A stretch of DNA of 44,765 nt, taken from a virus. The notes below the pieces were generated by a model, which ran no database searches, was not told where the DNA came from, and saw only the letters and a program-made list of their open reading frames with translations. The translations under genes were made by a program, and so were the position numbers. The DNA lies in IMG/VR virus record IMGVR_UViG_3300045988_086665. The stretch is one strand, 5' to 3'. Below, one piece after another: positions 32,044 through 39,394 of this stretch; position 1 is the stretch's first letter, and the number at the start of each line of letters is the position of its first letter.

Positions 32044-32277
32044 TTATTTTTTAAATTTCATTATATAATTTGCAAGGTACGCAAGTGATGCGCCACAAGC
32101 CACACCCGACACCAAGCAGACTTGATGAACCGCCTGCAATGGGTCACCAGTTAGTAGAGGAGACAGACCACCGACAGCAACGCTTCCGTACATCATTTTC
32201 GAGCAGTCGTACAGATACCCAGCCAAGAGCTTTCTTCTGTCCGTTTCCCTATCGTTTGTTGTTTTTTGACTAACCAT
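32044..32277 (-). CDS. Small membrane protein, lysogeny operon cargo
   Basis: 77 aa with two hydrophobic segments (MMYGSVAVGGLSPLL, VCLVSGVACGASLAYLANYI). It lies immediately downstream of the repressor gene. Confidence 0.55.
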   Translation of the reverse strand: MVSQKTTNDRETDRRKLLAGYLYDCSKMMYGSVAVGGLSPLLTGDPLQAVHQVCLVSGVACGASLAYLANYIMKFKK

Positions 32278-32304
32278 ACTTTTTCCTTTTGCAAAGTTAC
32301 TAAA

Positions 32305-32661
32305 TTATTTCTGTCCGACAATGGCAAGCAGCGTTTTAACTTGATTTTGCAGGAACTCATTCTGTTCTCGCAGCAGTTTATTCTCAGCAGCCAAGGCAGC
32401 ATCACTACCTATTGACTGGGAAACGTTGGAGCTGTTCGAACCATTGACATTTGAACCGAAGACAGCCTCTTCCATCTCGGCTGGTAGGGGAGGGGCGCAT
32501 TTATCGATGATTTCCTTTATCTTTTGAAAGAAATCTATCTTTATAGACTTGCGATTAAACTTCGCATTCAAGTTCTGCGGACTTGTTCCTAACTCCTCCG
32601 CAACAGCAGCAACGGACATTCCCGAGCGCTTTATATATTGTTTTAGTTCTTCTCCGTTCAT
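32305..32661 (-). CDS. CI-like repressor (XRE-family HTH + leucine-zipper-like C-terminus)
   Basis: 118 aa. HTH: SGMSVAAVAEELGTSPQNLNAKFNRKS. C-terminal coiled coil: AAENKLLREQNEFLQNQVKTLLAIV. It is oriented divergently from the early operon. Confidence 0.75.
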   Translation of the reverse strand: MNGEELKQYIKRSGMSVAAVAEELGTSPQNLNAKFNRKSIKIDFFQKIKEIIDKCAPPLPAEMEEAVFGSNVNGSNSSNVSQSIGSDAALAAENKLLREQNEFLQNQVKTLLAIVGQK

Positions 32662-32714
32662 ATTAAAACAAAATTAAATAAAATTAAATTAATATTAAAA
32701 TCACTACAAAATGT

Positions 32715-32745
32715 TTTGTAATCTAAAATATTTGTTTTATTTTTG
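32715..32745 (+). promoter_or_regulatory. Early (rightward) promoter candidate
   Basis: TTTG (32715-32718)-N19-TATTTTTG (32738-32745). The -33 element lies inside the inverted repeat tacaaaa-tg-ttttgta (32705-32720). Confidence 0.5.
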
Positions 32746-32781
32746 CAAACGATTTCAGAAACGAGTTTAAAAACTCATTTG

Positions 32782-32812
32782 CAAAGATAAAGAAAATAAT
32801 TTAAAATACAAA
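32782..32812 (-). promoter_or_regulatory. Repressor (leftward) promoter candidate
   Basis: On the minus strand: TTTG (rc of 32809-32812)-N19-TATCTTTG (rc of 32782-32789). Confidence 0.5.
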
Positions 32813-32817
32813 TAAAA

Positions 32818-33060
32818 ATGGGAGAAAATTTTAATTATGATTTTCGAACACCGCTGCAGAAGCAGCAGGACGAACGAAAGAAGAACATCATTGCGATGTT
32901 TGCCGATTTCCGGGCAAAGGCACCTGCCGAGACTTCGGACAGCAGAATAATGCTTGCAGTATCGCAGCATGTAGGCTGCACTCAGCAGAACGTGCGTGTC
33001 TGTCTCATCAAGGCTGGAGTGATTACACCAAAGAAGAGACGTGCAACCGTGCGCAAGTAA
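32818..33060 (+). CDS. Small HTH protein, Cro-like position
   Basis: 80 aa and the first gene of the rightward operon. The C-terminal HTH-like stretch reads IMLAVSQHVGCTQQNVRVCLIKAG. Confidence 0.6.
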   Translation: MGENFNYDFRTPLQKQQDERKKNIIAMFADFRAKAPAETSDSRIMLAVSQHVGCTQQNVRVCLIKAGVITPKKRRATVRK

Positions 33061-33087
33061 GTAGAATCATTTAAACATTCAGAGCGT

Positions 33088-33180
33088 ATGAAGAAGTTCA
33101 TCGATATTGTTACAAGTGACGAGTTCTTATCAGTGGCATTTGCTGCCATAGTATCAATTTTAGTATTTTGGAGGGCATAG
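33088..33180 (+). CDS. Possible 30-aa hydrophobic peptide (below the track cutoff)
   Basis: Translated by hand: MKKFIDIVTSDEFLSVAFAAIVSILVFWRA. The ATG is 5 nt after an AAACATTCAG box. Confidence 0.25.
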   Translation: MKKFIDIVTSDEFLSVAFAAIVSILVFWRA

Positions 33181-33380
33181 TTATGACGAACATAGAACCA
33201 AAGGTAGCGGATGCAGGCAGATACACAATGACAGAAACCTGCAAGGCATTGGGTATCCATCGCAACACCCTGCGCAGATGGGTGCAGGCTGGAAAGATGA
33301 AGGTAAAGTTCCGCAGAATCGACAACCGCAAGGTTATCGATGGCGCAGAAATCAAGAGAGCGTGGAGGGTTGCCCTATGA
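33168..33380 (+). CDS. Excisionase-like HTH protein (HTH_17/MerR-like)
   Basis: YTMTETCKALGIHRNTLRRWVQAGKMKVKFRRID is typical of excisionase-family DNA-binding domains. An alternative start at ATG 33183 (MTNIEPK) is equally plausible. Confidence 0.65.
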   Translation: MEGIVMTNIEPKVADAGRYTMTETCKALGIHRNTLRRWVQAGKMKVKFRRIDNRKVIDGAEIKRAWRVAL

Positions 33381-33670
33381 GCAAGTTATCAATCAATATG
33401 CGCAGGATGATCGTGAAGTACACAGACATCTGCTGGCTTATCACTAACTGGAAGGCGAACCGCAAGACCAGAAAGTGCTGCGAACTGAACAACAAGTGCT
33501 ATCTGGAGGCAGAGCGAAGAATCCAGTACAGAGAGTTTAAAGGCAACCTATGCGTTGCACTGGACAATATACCGCTCATACCACTGGACGGAACGGACAA
33601 CGAGGTATTGAAGTCGTGCCGTGAGACCTTCCAAAGTTACATATTCAATCAGAGAGGAGGTAACAAATGA
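33377..33670 (+). CDS. Hypothetical Cys-containing small protein
   Basis: Start placed at ATG 33377 (MSKLSINM...), an ATGA overlap with the previous stop. The track ORF starts earlier at 33278. Confidence 0.6.
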   Translation: MSKLSINMRRMIVKYTDICWLITNWKANRKTRKCCELNNKCYLEAERRIQYREFKGNLCVALDNIPLIPLDGTDNEVLKSCRETFQSYIFNQRGGNK

Positions 33671-34005
33671 GGAAGATAATCGAGGAGTGCAGGAAGAAGA
33701 TGTACGAAGCCATCTGGCTGGAGATAGACCGAGACCCACAGAGACCAGCGGTTGCAAGGGTTGACATCAAGACCAAGGCAGGAGGCATCTGCGTATGGTG
33801 CGACAGCGTGGGCAACATTGCGGTCGTGACGCACAATGGCAGCAATAACGACAGCGAGCGGCTGGAGGAAGCCATCGAGGGCTGCGTCAACTATAAGGAC
33901 GTGATGGACGACTGGCTGGAGGAGAACAGCCAGCACGCATGCCAAGACCCGATGGACACCTTCGAGGAAAGCAGGCTCGACATTCTTATGGCTCAACTGG
34001 TTTAG
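33667..34005 (+). CDS. Hypothetical acidic protein
   Basis: 112-aa ORF with an ATGA overlap with the previous gene. Confidence 0.6.
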   Translation: MRKIIEECRKKMYEAIWLEIDRDPQRPAVARVDIKTKAGGICVWCDSVGNIAVVTHNGSNNDSERLEEAIEGCVNYKDVMDDWLEENSQHACQDPMDTFEESRLDILMAQLV

Positions 34006-34216
34006 GCTTCATAAATTATTATAACGGTTATTTGACACTAAAATCCCCACAGCGGTGGGCAAAGGGCGCACGCAAAGATTCATATTGGTTAGAATAGTTA
34101 ATGTTTTTTTCGTTGTTAGTGTTTACTGCAAATATGCGGAAACTGACAGCGTGCGCCCTACAAAGGAAGGGCATCCCTCGGCAGCTGGCAAGGGGGGGTA
34201 AGTTTTGGCAGTCAAC

Positions 34217-34241
34217 TGGGGTTCGAATCCCCAGCCTTCCA
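34217..34241 (+). other. tRNA-like T-arm + acceptor 3' strand (fragment, not a complete tRNA)
   Basis: tgggg-ttcgaat-cccca (canonical 5-bp T stem and TTCGAAT loop) followed by gccttcc-a. A partner ggaaggg lies 77 nt upstream (34165-34171), but no D or anticodon arm can be drawn. Confidence 0.4.
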
Positions 34242-34287
34242 CTAGAGTTAATTAAAAGATTATGTTGAACTAGAAATTGAACGAATT

Positions 34288-35148
34288 ATGGACAATGAGA
34301 TTATTCAAGTAAGCGGTGGCGAAATGCTGGAAGCCATCAACCGCTCGGAGATTGACGGGCAGATTGCAACAGCGCACAAGTTCCCGAGAGACATAGCCCA
34401 GTGCAAGCAGAATATGGTAGCACTGGCAGCGATGGACGATGATGTGGCATACAACTGCTTCTATCACCTCGAACGCAAGGGCAAGGACGGACAGATTTCT
34501 ATTATCGAGGGTCCGAGCGTGAGATTCACTGAGATTATATCTGCCTGCTGGAAGAATCTCCGCATCGCGGGTCGCATCATCGCCAACGATGGCAAGACCA
34601 TCACGGCACAAGGCATCTGCCACGACCTCGAGAGCAATGTTGCCTACTCCGTGGAAGTGAAGCGCAGCATTCTGACCTCTAAGGGCTATACCTTCTCGCA
34701 GGATATGCAGGTGGTAGTCGGCAATGCAGCGGTTGCAATCGCACAGCGAAACGCAATCTGCAAGGTCGTGCCGCAGGTACTGATTTCAAGCGTAGTCAAG
34801 GAGGTGCAGGCAAAGGCACTTGAGCACATCAAGCAGACTGGCGTGCAGAGCCAGTGGAAGAGCTGCGTTGCCTGCTTCCAGGTTTACCAAGTGACCGACA
34901 TTATGCTGCTGGAATACCTGGGCAGGAAATCTGCCGAGGAAGTCACGGCAGAGGACATTCAAAAGCTGGGCGGTGTGTACAATGCCATCAAGGAAGGTAC
35001 GACCACCGTAGAGGATACTTTCAAGAAGCCGAAGCAGCAGGAAGCCATCGCACAGCAGGCGCAGGCAGCAGCCGATGATGCAAAGAATAAGGCGCAGCAG
35101 GCAATGAGCCGCAGCCAGGGCAAGACTGGCACGGCAGCGAAGAAATAA
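34288..35148 (+). CDS. Single-strand annealing protein (RecT/Redbeta-like), putative
   Basis: 286 aa with a Lys/Gln/Ala-rich C-terminal tail. It pairs with the YqaJ-type exonuclease gene about 430 nt downstream, as in RecET/Red modules. The call rests on context plus general resemblance. Confidence 0.6.
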   Translation: MDNEIIQVSGGEMLEAINRSEIDGQIATAHKFPRDIAQCKQNMVALAAMDDDVAYNCFYHLERKGKDGQISIIEGPSVRFTEIISACWKNLRIAGRIIANDGKTITAQGICHDLESNVAYSVEVKRSILTSKGYTFSQDMQVVVGNAAVAIAQRNAICKVVPQVLISSVVKEVQAKALEHIKQTGVQSQWKSCVACFQVYQVTDIMLLEYLGRKSAEEVTAEDIQKLGGVYNAIKEGTTTVEDTFKKPKQQEAIAQQAQAAADDAKNKAQQAMSRSQGKTGTAAKK

Positions 35149-35258
35149 GCCATTTTATTATAACGTTAAGCCCGAACCGCCACGGTGCAACCTATGGGGT
35201 GGGGTCCCATCGAGACAAAGGGAAGCCGTGGCAACTTTTTAAACATTCAGTAAATCAA

Positions 35259-35564
35259 ATGAAGAAACAGAACGAAACAGACAATCAGAGACACGAGAGC
35301 ACCATCGACAAGTACTTCGATAGAACCGCAGACGGTTACAAGGCATGGTGCGAGGGGAACGAGGAAGACAGAAACTTTTTGCAGATAGCAGTTGAGGCGA
35401 CTGGGGATGCGGACGAAGAAGAAGACCAAAGTTACGATTTCCATATTGCTTACTCCGGCAAGAGCAATGTCCTCGCAGATGGAATTTTCCAAGATATGAA
35501 AAGGGATGAATTCATTCGCCAGCTCATCATCGAAGCAGCAAGAAGATTCTTAATGGATAAATAA
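35259..35564 (+). CDS. Hypothetical acidic protein
   Basis: Start placed at ATG 35259 (MKKQNETDN...), 7 nt after an AAACATTCAGT box. The track ORF starts at 35199 inside a structured intergenic segment. Confidence 0.55.
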   Translation: MKKQNETDNQRHESTIDKYFDRTADGYKAWCEGNEEDRNFLQIAVEATGDADEEEDQSYDFHIAYSGKSNVLADGIFQDMKRDEFIRQLIIEAARRFLMDK

Positions 35565-35578
35565 AAACATTCAAGGCA

Positions 35579-36520
35579 ATGAAACAGATAATCAAGTACA
35601 AGAACAGAGAGGAATGGTTGCAGAACCGCTCGAACGGAATAGGTGCAAGTGAAGCAGGCACGGTGCTGGGGCTGAATCCGTGGGAAACGCCATACCAGTT
35701 GTGGAGACGCAAGAAGGGTATCGACCCACCAAAGGTTGAGAACTTTGCGATGGTTGCAGGACACCTGCTTGAGGATGCCGTGGCGCAGTTCTTCCAGCGA
35801 GAGAGCCACTGCCACATCATCAAGGCGAGCACTGACGACTACACCATCACGAACACCGATGCACCATATCTGCGTGTATCTCCTGATCGCACCTTCTGGA
35901 GAGCCGGGGCAACGCACAACGAGGCGAGCAAGAGCATCCTGGAGTGCAAGACCACGCAGATGCAGATAGATGCAGACGACCTTCCGAAGCATTGGTTCTG
36001 CCAGTTACAAATGAACCTCGGAGTGGGAGAATACAAGGATGGAGCACTTGCATGGCTGACAGCAGGCAGGGAGTTCGGCTACCGTGACATCGACTTCGAC
36101 CCCGAATTTTACAGATGGATGCGTGACGAGATAACCAAGTTTTGGCTTGACTACATCGTGGGCAACCAAGAGCCACCTGCATACAGCGCACAAGACGTTC
36201 TCCTAAAGTCTCCTCTCCATGTAGCTGGAAAGGAAGTGACCGCAACGAAGGAGATACTCGAACAGATTGCTAGGCTCAAGGAACTCAAGGTTCAGAACAA
36301 GAAACTGGAGACCGAGCAGGATGAGATTGAGGACAACTTGAAGCTGTTCTTCGGGGACGCAGAGAGCATCGTGGACGGAAACGGCAAGACGCTGGCAACG
36401 TGGAAAGCACCGAAGGCAAGTGAGAAGTTCGATGCCAAGGCTTATCTTGAAGACCACCCTAAAGCGTGCGCCAAGTACATCAAGCAGGTGCAGGGAGCAA
36501 GAAGATTACTCATCAAGTAA
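35579..36520 (+). CDS. YqaJ-type viral recombinase exonuclease (lambda-Exo-like)
   Basis: 313 aa. WLQNRSNGIGASEAGTVLGLNPWETPYQLW is the hallmark YqaJ N-terminal motif. Catalytic contexts LRVSPDR and ILECKT are present. Confidence 0.85.
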   Translation: MKQIIKYKNREEWLQNRSNGIGASEAGTVLGLNPWETPYQLWRRKKGIDPPKVENFAMVAGHLLEDAVAQFFQRESHCHIIKASTDDYTITNTDAPYLRVSPDRTFWRAGATHNEASKSILECKTTQMQIDADDLPKHWFCQLQMNLGVGEYKDGALAWLTAGREFGYRDIDFDPEFYRWMRDEITKFWLDYIVGNQEPPAYSAQDVLLKSPLHVAGKEVTATKEILEQIARLKELKVQNKKLETEQDEIEDNLKLFFGDAESIVDGNGKTLATWKAPKASEKFDAKAYLEDHPKACAKYIKQVQGARRLLIK

Positions 36521-36532
36521 ATTTTCAAGCTT

Positions 36533-36706
36533 ATGATGCACCAAGTATCGACAACAGACATCAAGGCGATTGTGGGCTACCTGGAAGCCTACATCGCCAA
36601 GATGAAGACAGAGCCACGACTTCTCAGTACAAGGGAAGTCAACCAGACTCGCAGGGCTACCGTGCTCAAACGGAAGCTTGAAAAGAAACTATCATTATCA
36701 GAATAA
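36533..36706 (+). CDS. Possible 57-aa protein (below the track cutoff)
   Basis: Translated by hand: MMHQVSTTDIKAIVGYLEAYIAKMKTEPRLLSTREVNQTRRATVLKRKLEKKLSLSE. I prefer it over the overlapping 36466-36681 track ORF, whose product looks non-protein-like. Confidence 0.35.
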   Translation: MMHQVSTTDIKAIVGYLEAYIAKMKTEPRLLSTREVNQTRRATVLKRKLEKKLSLSE

Positions 36707-36708
36707 TT

Positions 36709-37725
36709 ATGAACGATTCATTTATCTTATACACATCATACTACGCTCTTATCGAGGGACTGACCGATGAACAACTCGGGCAACTTACGAGAGCGATATT
36801 TCTCTACGCAAGGGATGGGGAGATTATCAGTCTCGAACCAGTCGTGCGTATGGCTTTCGCCTTTATCAAGGACAATATCGAGCGCAATCAAGACAAGTAT
36901 CAAGCCAAGTGTGAGAAAAATAGACAGATTGCACTTGAAAGAGAAAGAAAAAAGCGAGAGGCAAGAGAAAAAGCAGGTAACACGAACGTGCACGAACGTT
37001 CACCTTATGATAATGATAATGAATATGATAATGATAGTGATAATGATGTTTCTAAAGAAACAGATATATTAGAACCTTCTAAAGAAGCTTCTATGCAAAG
37101 TTTTTCCGAGAAAAACGTTTGCGCTGCAGAAGAGCCGCAAAAAAGTTCTGAGAAGAAATCCAAGAAAGGTGAAATCGACTACGCAGCCATCAAGGACTAC
37201 TGGAACGAGCAGCACGACAAGACCAACAGCGCAATGAGAAGGCTTACGCTGATGACGGACAACCGCAAGGAGGCAATCAGAGGAAGGCTCAAGGACTGCA
37301 AGGGAGATATTTCCAAGATTTACCTAGCCATCGACAAGGCTATGGCTAGCGACTATCTGAACGCAGGGCATTCCTGGGCATCATACGACTGGGTAATGAC
37401 ACGGAAGTATTTCCCGAAGGTGCTGGAGGGCAACTACGACAACACCAAGCCAGCCGCAAGCCAGCAGCCGCAATCGGCAGAAGCCAGGGCGCAGGATCCA
37501 GCGGCAACGGCAAGACCGAGCATCGGGGAACGCTACGAGCTAGCCAAGCACCGACAGCCAGCATCCCAGCAGAGCCAGGACAACAAGTTCCGATGGGTAA
37601 TCCAGCAGAACCTTGCCGACTTGAAGAAGAACCCACGGAACAAGCCAGCCAAGGATTCACTGGCGAGATTCTACGAGAAGGGAGTTCTGCAGCGACTGGG
37701 CATCGACTGGAAGCCCGAAAAATAG
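36709..37725 (+). CDS. Replication-organiser/initiator-like protein
   Basis: 338 aa. The N-terminus SFILYTSYYALIEGLTDEQLGQLTRAIFLYARDGE resembles the N-terminal module of Bacteroidota phage/CTn replication proteins (from recall). There is a basic linker, an acidic DN-rich insert and a conserved-looking C-terminal domain (IDYAAIKDYWNEQ...ASYDWVMTRKYF). Confidence 0.6.
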   Translation: MNDSFILYTSYYALIEGLTDEQLGQLTRAIFLYARDGEIISLEPVVRMAFAFIKDNIERNQDKYQAKCEKNRQIALERERKKREAREKAGNTNVHERSPYDNDNEYDNDSDNDVSKETDILEPSKEASMQSFSEKNVCAAEEPQKSSEKKSKKGEIDYAAIKDYWNEQHDKTNSAMRRLTLMTDNRKEAIRGRLKDCKGDISKIYLAIDKAMASDYLNAGHSWASYDWVMTRKYFPKVLEGNYDNTKPAASQQPQSAEARAQDPAATARPSIGERYELAKHRQPASQQSQDNKFRWVIQQNLADLKKNPRNKPAKDSLARFYEKGVLQRLGIDWKPEK

Positions 37726-37822
37726 CGAATGAGGGTAAAAATATCCGCTCTGAGCCGTTTTCTCGGTTCGGACGGTAAAATTATAAGGCAAACAGATTTC
37801 AAACGCTTAAAACGAAAGAATT

Positions 37823-38077
37823 ATGGCAAGATATGCACTTAGAAACCAACAGAAGATAAAGGAAGAATACGGAACTTCGGTGTTGGAGAGAATGAAAGTA
37901 TCGTTGGACGCTTATTTTAAGGCTGACGACATCAAGCCGGAGGAATGGGAAACGAACGAACCATACCCGATAATCTCAATTGACGACAAGGGGCACTCGT
38001 TCGGGCTTATCTGCTTTTACGTGACTAGTGTTGTTTATGATGTGTATCACCTAGCGTTCAAGGAGTTTATCAGCTGA
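37823..38077 (+). CDS. Hypothetical small protein
   Basis: 84-aa ORF. It shares a 23-nt initiation region with the next gene. Confidence 0.55.
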   Translation: MARYALRNQQKIKEEYGTSVLERMKVSLDAYFKADDIKPEEWETNEPYPIISIDDKGHSFGLICFYVTSVVYDVYHLAFKEFIS

Positions 38078-38111
38078 AAGTAAAACTAAAATTTAAATAA
38101 ACGAAAGAATT

Positions 38112-38414
38112 ATGGCAAGATACAATAATCAGAGCATTGACATCGACCTTGAGGAAATTTTCAACGGTTTATCGGAAAATGACCAAGTGGAATACTTGAC
38201 CGATATGTTTGATAACTTACCAGACGGAGACAGTCAAAAGGATGTGCTAGAGACCAATCTTTTGTTGCTTGACGATGAAGCAACTATCGACATCATTGTT
38301 AACGCATTCGGGATAATGGATGATTCTAACAGACAAGATGCAGCCGAGCGCATCGCAGACGTAATGACACCTGAGCAGCGTGAGGCACTTATTGAGTACA
38401 TCAAGGAGGGATAG
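38112..38414 (+). CDS. Hypothetical acidic protein
   Basis: 100-aa ORF, strongly acidic. Confidence 0.6.
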   Translation: MARYNNQSIDIDLEEIFNGLSENDQVEYLTDMFDNLPDGDSQKDVLETNLLLLDDEATIDIIVNAFGIMDDSNRQDAAERIADVMTPEQREALIEYIKEG

Positions 38415-38416
38415 AT

Positions 38417-38725
38417 ATGAAGAAAATCAAAAGCAAGAATGTTCAGAACTATGTTATGAACGACATGGTGTTTAAGGTTGATATGCCAAGGCTATTGAAA
38501 GAGATAGCAGAGTGTTCGAAAAGCACTCCTTATCCTAAGACTTTTACGATTTTGGCACGTGTACTTGGGATACTCGCAGAAAGGGCTATTGAAATAGATG
38601 ACCCTGCTCTTAACATCATTATGATGCATCTTGGACTCTATGATGGAGTGCACGATAAGAACGCAGGTGAGGTTATATCTAGATTACGCAAGTTGATTGC
38701 TGATAATCAAAAATCGGGGGAATAG
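38417..38725 (+). CDS. Hypothetical protein
   Basis: 102-aa ORF starting 3 nt after the previous stop. Confidence 0.6.
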   Translation: MKKIKSKNVQNYVMNDMVFKVDMPRLLKEIAECSKSTPYPKTFTILARVLGILAERAIEIDDPALNIIMMHLGLYDGVHDKNAGEVISRLRKLIADNQKSGE

Positions 38726-38727
38726 AA

Positions 38728-39210
38728 ATGAATGAGTTGTTTTTCCACGAATGCCGTGCCGCTGGGCTTGTTTTCAAGACCTCGGACGACTGGTTCAAGT
38801 GGCTGACCGATAACAGCTACGACATCAAGAAGCCGGTTGCAGAGCACGAAGGCTTCAAGTACACCATCAAGGATTTCTGCATCAATCCGCACGTAATCGA
38901 GTATTCCGTAGAGGGTGCAGACAACTGGGGATGGAAGGTAACGACCGCCAAGACGCAGTTCGGATGGATATGGGGGTTCAGTATTCAGAACGGAAAGACC
39001 GGGTATGACAGCCCGGTCGGATACCCGAGCAGATATGATACCATCAGCATCTTCTACGGCAGTGAGGCAGAAGCGGTTCAAGATGCACTGACCTACATCA
39101 TCGGCTACCTTTCGGAGAAGGCTGGAACCAAGAACGTCAGCCTTCTCATCTGGGCAGCAAAGAAGAAGCGGGCAGACATCGTTCATCCACAGATGGAACT
39201 TTTCAAATAG
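38728..39210 (+). CDS. Hypothetical protein
   Basis: 160-aa ORF starting 3 nt after the previous stop. Confidence 0.65.
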   Translation: MNELFFHECRAAGLVFKTSDDWFKWLTDNSYDIKKPVAEHEGFKYTIKDFCINPHVIEYSVEGADNWGWKVTTAKTQFGWIWGFSIQNGKTGYDSPVGYPSRYDTISIFYGSEAEAVQDALTYIIGYLSEKAGTKNVSLLIWAAKKKRADIVHPQMELFK

Positions 39211-39233
39211 TTATCATATAAACCGTATTGGCT

Positions 39234-39392
39234 ATGAACAGAGTTGAGAATATTATACTTGTCCGTGAATGCGGTCTTCATCATCTGACTGTTGGCGACA
39301 GAGACATCTGGCTGGCAGATGATGAAATCAAGGCACTCGAATGTATCCTAAAGGATTACAATGCGGACACAAACAATTTTAAACGTAGTTGA
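39234..39392 (+). CDS. Possible 52-aa protein (below the track cutoff), paralogue of the next ORF
   Basis: Translated by hand: MNRVENIILVRECGLHHLTVGDRDIWLADDEIKALECILKDYNADTNNFKRS. Confidence 0.35.
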   Translation: MNRVENIILVRECGLHHLTVGDRDIWLADDEIKALECILKDYNADTNNFKRS

Positions 39393-39394
39393 AA

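Noticed and set aside
34165-34241. A complete 77-nt tRNA gene, given the acceptor-like ggaaggg ... gccttcc pairing and a perfect T-arm.
   Set aside because: Position 8 is not T. The D region would need a 14-nt loop. No 5-bp anticodon stem can be drawn with either a 4-nt or a 5-nt variable loop. I kept it only as a tRNA-like fragment.
36466-36681. Track ORFs 36466-36681 (71 aa) and 39361-39552 (63 aa).
   Set aside because: Their products are Gln/Gly/Arg/His-rich and do not look like proteins. One overlaps the exonuclease 3' end. In both places other frames give better-packed small ORFs (36533-36706; 39234-39392 and 39395-39520), one pair of which shows paralogy.
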